Source of the DNA: an uncultured Gammaproteobacteria bacterium
GTDB taxonomy: Bacteria; Patescibacteriota; Microgenomatia; Levybacterales; UBA12049
Direction of reading: 5' to 3'
Assembly: GCA_964416445.1 (NCBI GenBank)
Contig: CAYQEE010000001.1
Location: 131,676 to 195,675 of the forward strand
DNA: 64,000 bases
In this document: one piece after another, positions 57,744-64,000 of the stretch
How the letters are laid out: the number at the start of each line of letters is the position of its first letter
Position numbering within the stretch: the stretch's first letter is position 1
The notes under the pieces: model-generated
Seen by the model: only the letters and a program-made list of their open reading frames with translations
Databases searched by the model: none
What the model was told of the DNA's origin: nothing
Translations under genes and position numbers: made by a program

Positions 57744-58361
57744 TTATTTTTGTCTATTTGGTGGAAAGGGGTTTTTGACGAGTCTGGCCGTATTCACTGG
57801 CCAATATACGAAAAGTGATTTACCAATAAGATTTTTTCTTGGAACAAATCCCCACTCACGAGAGTCTGAACTATATGGTCGGTTATCTCCCATGACAAAG
57901 AAATTATCTTGGGGGACCGTTATAGTATTTTCAGGTCCATCATGTAGATATGAACCACCGTATGTTTTAACATCAGATTGTAAGTAGGGACTTTCGTCAA
58001 AGAGTTGTCCATTCACGTAAACATTTCCATCTTGAAGATATATCTTATCACCGGGAAGACCAATAACTCGTTTAATAAAATCTTTATCAGGTGAAGGAGG
58101 AGCAATAAAAACAATAACATCGCCTCGATTTGGATCTCCAAAACGCAACGAAATTAAATTCGTTAAAACATATTCTTTATCTTTAAACGTCGGATACATA
58201 GATTCCCCAGTAACTTGAAACGGACGAAAAAGAAAAATATAAATAACGAGAAAGATTGACGCTGCAATCAAAATGCTCTCTATTGTGTCAACCAAAAAAG
58301 CATAAATTTTTCTGACTATTTCCACAGTATCTATTGTCACGGATTTCTGAAATTTTGTCAA
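57744..58361 (-). CDS. lepB: Signal peptidase I
   Basis: S26 motifs 'GESMYPTF' and 'GDNRPYSSDSREWG'. An N-terminal TM anchor is present. Confidence 0.85.
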   Translation of the reverse strand: MTKFQKSVTIDTVEIVRKIYAFLVDTIESILIAASIFLVIYIFLFRPFQVTGESMYPTFKDKEYVLTNLISLRFGDPNRGDVIVFIAPPSPDKDFIKRVIGLPGDKIYLQDGNVYVNGQLFDESPYLQSDVKTYGGSYLHDGPENTITVPQDNFFVMGDNRPYSSDSREWGFVPRKNLIGKSLFVYWPVNTARLVKNPFPPNRQK

Positions 58362-58394
58362 CGTTGGTATTTTATGATACTATGGATCCCACTT

Positions 58395-58468
58395 GGATCT
58401 GTAGCTCAGTTGGCTAGAGCGTTGCATTCACATTGCAAAGGCCAGTGGTTCGAGCCCACTCAGGTCCA
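58395..58468 (+). tRNA. tRNA-Val (anticodon CAC); CCA not encoded
   Basis: The cloverleaf was folded by hand. Acceptor GGATCTG pairs with CAGGTCC, 7 bp including one G-U. D-arm GCTC/GAGC. Anticodon stem TTGCA/TGCAA with loop TTCACAT. T-arm AGTGG-TTCGAGC-CCACT. Discriminator A. Confidence 0.8.
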
Positions 58469-58648
58469 CATCAAATAGTTATCGGACACCCCCGTCAGGT
58501 CGTGTTCCTGCGCCACCTCCCGTGCCTGATCCTCCACCGCTTAACATAGTCCACCTCCTTTCCTAGGTATATTCTGAACCTTCCAGAGAATATACAGGCA
58601 TAATAAGAATAGCTTAAAACGAGGGTAAGATGTACGTAATAAGGTGGA

Positions 58649-59953
58649 TTATGGAATAAATGATTTAATAAGATCAATTAATTTTTTAAAAAATTTGCCA
58701 CTCGGGAGACTTTTATGTCCAATTTTTGGCAGAGAGAACCCAAATGAAGATTTTTTATCTAACTTAGCACCAAAACGAATTAAACCAATAGCTGTTGCAA
58801 AGGGAGTATCTTGAATTTCATCGACAATACCCTTCATATTGCTAGGAGCACCAACTCGAACAGGCATTGCAAGCATTCGTTTAGCAGAATCAACAATCCC
58901 AACTGTTCGAGCGCCACCTCCCGTAATGACTAACCCTGCAGGAGTTTGGCCACCTAAACCACTTTTTTTGAGTTCATGACCGACCATCGTGAATATTTCG
59001 TTAAGACGTGGTCTGATGATACCCTCGACCAGCGTCTTTTTAGATACTTTATGGAGTTCCTCAGGTAATGACAATGAAGAAAGATCAATTTCATCATGAT
59101 TTCGGTGTTGTTCTTTCTTGTCAGTTTCCAAAACTTGCTCTTCCATATAGGTTGGCCGCTTTGGTGGATTTGAAAGAAATAATTTTATTTTTTCAGCACT
59201 TTCAAGGGAAACCCGCAAACCAATTGCTAAATCATTCGTAACATGTCGTGAACCAATAGGCAAAACTGATGAGTACGCAATAGAGCCTTCAATATATACG
59301 GATATATCTGTTGTTCCTGCTCCGATATCGACTAAGATAATACCTAATTCTTTCTCAGTATCAGAAAGAACCGCAAGTGAGCTTGCGTAACCACTAAAGA
59401 CTACATCATCCACATCCACTCCGACTTCAGTAAGCGCCTTTTCAAGGTTACGAATTGCTGTCGTACTTGCCGTAATAATATGGGTATCAACTTCTAACCG
59501 GACACCCGTCATTCCGGTTGGGTCTTTAATTCCTTCTTGCCCATCGACGGTGTAGTTTCTAGGAAGTACATGCAAAACCTCTCGTGATGACGGAAGTGAT
59601 ACCGCACGAGCAGCGTCGATGACTCGGACGAGGTCATTATGTCCAATTTCACCTTCAGGTGTGGACACGGCAACAACACCTTTTGAATTGATACTTTCAA
59701 TATGATTTCCATCAATTGAGGTAATAACATGCGAAATAGAATGGCCAGCCATACGCTCTGCAGCTTCTAACGAAGAATTGATAGCGACAACAGCATCTTC
59801 AATATCAACTATTTGTCCTTTTCGAATTCCTGCGGATTTTACTTCGGAGACGCCAAGTACGTTGACAATACCCTCTTCATCAACTTTTGCAATTATAGTG
59901 ACAATTTTTGATGTCCCAATGTCAATACCTACGATTATTTTCCCATCAGCCAT
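58649..59953 (-). CDS. ftsA: Cell division protein FtsA
   Basis: Actin-fold N-terminus 'IIVGIDIGTSKIVTIIAKV' and 'DIGAGTTDISVY'. The C-terminus is an amphipathic membrane-targeting helix. Confidence 0.9.
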   Translation of the reverse strand: MADGKIIVGIDIGTSKIVTIIAKVDEEGIVNVLGVSEVKSAGIRKGQIVDIEDAVVAINSSLEAAERMAGHSISHVITSIDGNHIESINSKGVVAVSTPEGEIGHNDLVRVIDAARAVSLPSSREVLHVLPRNYTVDGQEGIKDPTGMTGVRLEVDTHIITASTTAIRNLEKALTEVGVDVDDVVFSGYASSLAVLSDTEKELGIILVDIGAGTTDISVYIEGSIAYSSVLPIGSRHVTNDLAIGLRVSLESAEKIKLFLSNPPKRPTYMEEQVLETDKKEQHRNHDEIDLSSLSLPEELHKVSKKTLVEGIIRPRLNEIFTMVGHELKKSGLGGQTPAGLVITGGGARTVGIVDSAKRMLAMPVRVGAPSNMKGIVDEIQDTPFATAIGLIRFGAKLDKKSSFGFSLPKIGHKSLPSGKFFKKLIDLIKSFIP

Positions 59954-59957
59954 ACTT

Positions 59958-60392
59958 TTAAAACGTTATCACCGGATTATCATAACGAAAATCTATCCGG
60001 TGAAATCGCTTTCCTTCTATTGTAAGCTGCCTCTCAATAAGTTGTAAAGAGGCGATTTGCTGTTCTATATCTTTCTGATTGCTTAAAATAATTTCTTGAT
60101 TGCTTGGTAGGGTTACGAGGGTATTATTATTTTGTGCTGGTTGAACTGAAGTATATTCGATGCTGTTTTTATCGAGTGCCTGGCGAACGAGGGATGAGTA
60201 ATCTTGCGTGTTCGGTAAGATTTTTACCTCGTGTTTCATCAATGGGAGTGGGCTTGCAAGAATTTTTTTTCCAGAAAAGAGGAAGTAACTGACAAATAAT
60301 ATGCTTAAGGTACCAAAAAAGATGCAAGCAGCAAGTAATGATTTATTAATAATGGAACGGAGTTTACGTTTGTGTGGAACTTTTTTGAGCAT
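59958..60392 (-). CDS. FtsQ/DivIB-like short cell-division protein (TM plus POTRA-like region)
   Basis: 144 aa with an N-terminal TM helix. It sits between murG and ftsA with a 4-nt gap. Identified by position and architecture only. Confidence 0.45.
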   Translation of the reverse strand: MLKKVPHKRKLRSIINKSLLAACIFFGTLSILFVSYFLFSGKKILASPLPLMKHEVKILPNTQDYSSLVRQALDKNSIEYTSVQPAQNNNTLVTLPSNQEIILSNQKDIEQQIASLQLIERQLTIEGKRFHRIDFRYDNPVITF

Positions 60393-61482
60393 AGGTCAAG
60401 ATTGTTAGTATATTCTTTGCTGCATCTTTATGAAGCAGAATGTCGGAGTCTGGTTTTTGGTTCGTGCTATTTCCTTTCTGATTAATCATATCATGAATAT
60501 GCTGGAGGAATTGTTCAGGAGTTGCGTTCTGTTGTAAAAGAATCTGGCCTTTTCCATGCGCTTTAAAAAATAGTGCATTTTTTCGTTGTTCATCATGTTG
60601 GGTGTGGGGAAGCGGAATAAGAAGTGCTTGTTTTTGCATGACTAACAACGTGGTAATTGTGTTCATTCCTGCACGCGAAATAATAAGATCAGCCTGAGCA
60701 AATATCGAGACAATATCTTTGGGATCAACAAATTTTACCAATGTATACCTATTTTTAGCCAGTGGACTGAGGGCATCTTTTTTTTCGGTAAGATTGTCGA
60801 AATCATGAAATTCTTTCGCATCACCAGTCTGGTGAAAAACGGTATAGTATTTAACTAATTCTCCGAGCGTTGCTGATACGAGCATATTGATGGCATGAGA
60901 ACCTTGGCTACCGCCAACAATGACGAGTCGATGTCGATTGCTTATCTCTTCTGTGCTTGGTATCTTGTGTGAAAAAATTTCTGATACAGCAGGATTACCA
61001 GTGAGCGCGATTTTGTTCCGATTAAAAAAATTGCTAGAACTCTGCCATGAGATACAAATCTTTGTTGCAAAAGGTGCAATCACTCTGTTTGCAAGTCCTG
61101 CTTCAAGGGTTTGTTCATGAATAACAATAGGAATTCGCAAAAGAAAACCAACCAAGCAAATAGGGACTTGCACATATCCGCCAAATCCGAGAATAATTGT
61201 TGGACGAAATGTTTTAATAATACGAAATGCCTGCCAAAATCCAATGGGAATTTTCAATATTGATGCGAATGAATGGTTTGTCCACTTTCGTTGAAATCTT
61301 CCTGTCGTGATCTCAGCAAATGGTATCTTTCGTTTTGTGAGAATTTGATATTCAAGCGAAAGCGTTTTTTCACCTTCTAAAGCAGTTTTTCTTCCCACGT
61401 AGAGCAGATGTGCTTCAGGAGGAAGTGCTTCAATAACTGCCAAAGCTGGGGTAAAATGGCCACCAATAATGAGAACTCTCAT
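60364..61482 (-). CDS. murG: UDP-N-acetylglucosamine--N-acetylmuramyl-(pentapeptide) pyrophosphoryl-undecaprenol N-acetylglucosamine transferase
   Basis: Start moved to the internal ATG at 61482, giving 'MRVLIIGGHFTPALAV', the MurG G-loop. This start overlaps the ftsW stop by 4 nt. C-terminal GT-B domain is present. Confidence 0.85.
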   Translation of the reverse strand: MRVLIIGGHFTPALAVIEALPPEAHLLYVGRKTALEGEKTLSLEYQILTKRKIPFAEITTGRFQRKWTNHSFASILKIPIGFWQAFRIIKTFRPTIILGFGGYVQVPICLVGFLLRIPIVIHEQTLEAGLANRVIAPFATKICISWQSSSNFFNRNKIALTGNPAVSEIFSHKIPSTEEISNRHRLVIVGGSQGSHAINMLVSATLGELVKYYTVFHQTGDAKEFHDFDNLTEKKDALSPLAKNRYTLVKFVDPKDIVSIFAQADLIISRAGMNTITTLLVMQKQALLIPLPHTQHDEQRKNALFFKAHGKGQILLQQNATPEQFLQHIHDMINQKGNSTNQKPDSDILLHKDAAKNILTILTYAQKSSTQT

Positions 61483-62549
61483 ATGCTTTGTTTTCGAATA
61501 TTCAATAAAATACCAATCGAACATAAATCAATGATTAATGATGAACCCCCATACGAAATGAAAGGCAGTGGAACCCCGGTGAGAGGAAACAATGTTGTCT
61601 GAGCTCCTAAATTAATAATCATTTGCATTGTTAAAAATGCGGTGATGCCACCTGCTAATAGTTTACCAAACGTATCTCTTGCTCGCATAGCTATAAAGAG
61701 TCCTCTCCAAGCAAGGACTGCTAATACGACAAGCAAAATGGTTGAACCTATAAAACCAAATTCTTCTGCGATGATAGCAAAAATAGAATCAGTAGTGTTC
61801 TCGGGTAAATACGCATATTTTTGCAGTGAATTACCAATGCCTACTCCTGTAAGTCCTCCCGAACCAAGGGCAATTAATATTTGTGTGACATGATAATGCG
61901 CGGGGTTTGAGGGATCGGTAGGATTAAGGAATGTTGCTAATCGTTTCGCGCGATATGGTTCAATCTTAATGAGAATAAACCCAAGAATGCCCAGAATTGG
62001 TCCCATAATACCTAAATAGAGAAAATTTCCCCCCGACAGAAAATATAAAATGAGTGCTTCAGAAAGAATAATAATTGCTGTTCCCATATCAGGTTCTAAA
62101 AGAACTAAAACGAGAACAAGTCCGACTAATAAGAGAAAGGAAAAAAATCTTCCTTTTTCTTTATTGGAAAACCATGCAGCAAGGTATATGGCTAACGTTA
62201 ATTTAACGAACTCTGCAGGTTGCAGTACCGTAAAGTGGAAATTAAGCCATCGGTGAGCGCCTAAAATTGGTTGACTCAATCCAGGAATAAACACCATCAG
62301 TAGGAGAAGAATAGCAAGAATAAGTAAAGGAAGTGATAGTTTATAAAATTTGTGATAATCAAAATAAGTCAGAAAAGACATTCCAATAAATCCAAAAATC
62401 ATCCATATCGATTGATCCTTAATGTAATGAAATTTATCTCCATGGAAATCACGGTATGAAATAAATGATGAAGCGTCGTAAATCATGAGAAAGCCAAATA
62501 ACGTTAGTGCAATAACACCAATGAGCAGTACGAGGTCTATTTTTTTCAT
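61479..62549 (-). CDS. ftsW: SEDS-family lipid II flippase/peptidoglycan polymerase FtsW
   Basis: Start at the internal ATG at 62549, giving 'MKKIDLVLLIGVIALTLFG', which overlaps the mraY stop by 4 nt. 'ENTTDSIFAIIAEEFGFIGS' is the SEDS signature. Confidence 0.85.
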   Translation of the reverse strand: MKKIDLVLLIGVIALTLFGFLMIYDASSFISYRDFHGDKFHYIKDQSIWMIFGFIGMSFLTYFDYHKFYKLSLPLLILAILLLLMVFIPGLSQPILGAHRWLNFHFTVLQPAEFVKLTLAIYLAAWFSNKEKGRFFSFLLLVGLVLVLVLLEPDMGTAIIILSEALILYFLSGGNFLYLGIMGPILGILGFILIKIEPYRAKRLATFLNPTDPSNPAHYHVTQILIALGSGGLTGVGIGNSLQKYAYLPENTTDSIFAIIAEEFGFIGSTILLVVLAVLAWRGLFIAMRARDTFGKLLAGGITAFLTMQMIINLGAQTTLFPLTGVPLPFISYGGSSLIIDLCSIGILLNIRKQSI

Positions 62550-63553
62550 CTGATGAGCGCGAGATATAGTCCGACGATAGCAAAGAAGAAACCGAGTAAC
62601 CAAGCCCGCATAACAATTTTAGGTTCTTCCCATCCTTTATGTTGCAAATAGAGATGAAAAGGCGATACAGGAAATAATTTTTTATGAAAAAACTTTTTCC
62701 AAATCATTTGTAATAATGATGATCCTGCTTCAATAATAAAAACGCCTCCGATGACGGCAAGCGCGATTGTTTTTCCGGATAACAAACCAATCACTGCTAA
62801 CACAGCACCTAATGATAATGAACCGACATCTCCGAGCCAGATTCTCGCTTTATAGATATTAAAATAAAGAAAGGCTCCCACAGACCCCATAAGTAGAGCA
62901 ATAAAAATACCGAGCGATGGGTCCAATTGTTGTGCTGAAATAGCTAAAAAGGCGACAAGACAAATAAGAAATAATCCTGATGCGAGCCCATCTAATCCAT
63001 CAGCGATATTAGAAGCGTTTGCAAACCAAACAATTACAGCAGCTGCAAACGGAATATATAAATAACCGACACTTGCCAGACCAAAACCACGTATGTAGAT
63101 AAAATTACCATTTAATTTTGTATAAAAAATAACGGCAATAATTAATGCAAGGATCAATTGAATAATGAGTTTATGACGAAGTCTAAGGCCAAAAAATGCT
63201 GATCGAATATTAGTCATTTTTTTTAGATCATCATACAGACCAAGCATACCAAAACCTATAAACGAAATGAGAAGTACTGTTAATGCCCAAGGGTTAATTT
63301 TTACATTTAAAAGACCATAGGCCCAAAACGTAAGAATTGAGACTGCAACAATAATGAGCAGTCCTCCCCCAATAGGAGTGCCAACTTTCCAAGAATGAAA
63401 TTTATCAAAGATTGTTGCACGTTTATTGAAAGGATCTTTCGTTGCTTGCGTACGTCGTTGCAGCTTAATTTTATATAAGAAATCAATAAAAGGCACAAGT
63501 AAAATTGCCGTGATAAACGACGATAATATGGATAAACCGAGGAGTTGCACCAT
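62546..63553 (-). CDS. mraY: Phospho-N-acetylmuramoyl-pentapeptide transferase
   Basis: 'NASNIADGLDGLASG' is the MraY signature. About 10 TM helices. Confidence 0.9.
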   Translation of the reverse strand: MVQLLGLSILSSFITAILLVPFIDFLYKIKLQRRTQATKDPFNKRATIFDKFHSWKVGTPIGGGLLIIVAVSILTFWAYGLLNVKINPWALTVLLISFIGFGMLGLYDDLKKMTNIRSAFFGLRLRHKLIIQLILALIIAVIFYTKLNGNFIYIRGFGLASVGYLYIPFAAAVIVWFANASNIADGLDGLASGLFLICLVAFLAISAQQLDPSLGIFIALLMGSVGAFLYFNIYKARIWLGDVGSLSLGAVLAVIGLLSGKTIALAVIGGVFIIEAGSSLLQMIWKKFFHKKLFPVSPFHLYLQHKGWEEPKIVMRAWLLGFFFAIVGLYLALIR

Positions 63554-63649
63554 ACCGTCTATTATACGTCAGTAGCCGAGTATAAACAATGTAGAGTTGA
63601 GTGATAGTATGATATCTTATAGTATTTATATTGTAGCTATGCCAACTTG

Positions 63650-64000
63650 TTATTGGACTACATAACCTAAGCCTGATCGTGTAGTCGTCGAAGTTGGTAT
63701 GCCATTTTTCCAGTCTATTTCAATATAAACGCGGGAATTAAACAGCGCGTTGAGGTTTGCGATACTTTTTCTGGCTGTTGTATCAATGACATCACCTGTA
63801 TCGCCAACAAAGACATATTTTCCATCAGTACTATGCAAAAGCCAACCATCTCCTAAACAGTCATATGCGCAATTTGCTTGGTTTTGATTGAACGGATGTA
63901 CAGGAATATCTGCGATTTGTTGAGGTACCGTTGTTTGTGCATTGGATACATTAAACACGTGAACGTAATTACAAGTATAATCGATAACATACAGTTCTTT
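63650..64000 (-). CDS. Hypothetical protein, C-terminal part only; the ORF runs off the window edge
   Basis: The frame stays open through position 64000 beyond the ATG at 63958. No recognisable domain. Confidence 0.35.
   Translation of the reverse strand, partial: KELYVIDYTCNYVHVFNVSNAQTTVPQQIADIPVHPFNQNQANCAYDCLGDGWLLHSTDGKYVFVGDTGDVIDTTARKSIANLNALFNSRVYIEIDWKNGIPTSTTTRSGLGYVVQ

Noticed and set aside
58520-58560. Possible 16S rRNA 3'-end fragment ('CCACCTCCTTTCC' resembles 'GATCACCTCCTTTCT')
   Set aside because: Only the last ~12 nt resemble the 16S 3' terminus. The upstream sequence does not match the conserved 'GGAACCTGCGGTTGGATCACCTCC' helix 45 region. It was judged a chance anti-SD-like motif rather than an rRNA remnant.
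58495-58677. 60-aa minus-strand ORF overlapping the GC-rich segment
   Set aside because: The Arg/Trp-rich tail arises purely from the GC-rich segment. It has no start context and overlaps the ftsA 3' end, so it is likely spurious.
1-64000. CRISPR arrays, rRNA genes, IS elements or transposases
   Set aside because: A scan by eye found no regularly spaced direct repeats. It found no rRNA-like segments. It found no transposase or integrase-like ORFs, and no DDE or tyrosine-recombinase motifs in any of the listed ORFs.

Overview
This 64 kb window is low-GC and gene-dense. Its content looks like a reduced-genome bacterium, probably Patescibacteria/CPR-like; that is inferred from the gene content, including archaeal/eukaryotic-type glycyl- and isoleucyl-tRNA synthetases, FemAB and DUF4012 proteins, and a cohesin/dockerin pair. 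The window has three parts.

(1) Positions 23-7103 hold a surface-glycan locus: GT2, two GT4, a mannose-1-phosphate guanylyltransferase, a phosphoglycosyl transferase and a DUF4012 protein. Housekeeping genes follow: recO, glyQS, and xseA/xseB.

(2) Positions 12.7-16.9 kb hold an island of hypothetical genes. It includes a split, membrane-embedded Cas4-like PD-(D/E)XK nuclease and a 531-aa highly charged tail-anchored coiled-coil protein.

(3) The rest is dominated by a fragmented division/cell-wall (dcw) supercluster in three blocks:
- mraZ-rsmH-ftsL-ftsI, with a three-fold 10-bp-periodic direct repeat upstream of mraZ (putative MraZ operator).
- a murE-like gene, murC, murA, a split glmU, a HAD hydrolase, glmS, an alpha/beta hydrolase, a membrane-anchored murF-like gene, a DegT aminotransferase, a FemAB transferase and ftsZ.
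- on the minus strand, mraY-ftsW-murG-ftsQ-like-ftsA.

The most unusual content sits in and next to the second block:
- two tandem paralogous PurD-like ATP-grasp ligases, transcribed divergently from the murE-like gene.
- a MurE-like ligase lacking the N-terminal UDP-binding domain.
- a MurF whose N-terminal domain is replaced by a roughly 190-aa polytopic membrane domain.
- no murD, murB or ddl recognised anywhere in this window.

Together these suggest a non-canonical peptidoglycan-precursor pathway, possibly lipid-level assembly with ATP-grasp enzymes standing in for Ddl. Other points:
- an operonic dockerin/cohesin pair.
- an isolated Rad52-family annealing protein.
- two apparent homopolymer frameshifts, one in an OmpR-type response regulator and one in a GT-C glycosyltransferase.
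- an orphan histidine-kinase-like protein.
- tRNA-Val(CAC), followed by a compositionally odd GC-rich segment.
- no CRISPR array, rRNA or transposase seen.
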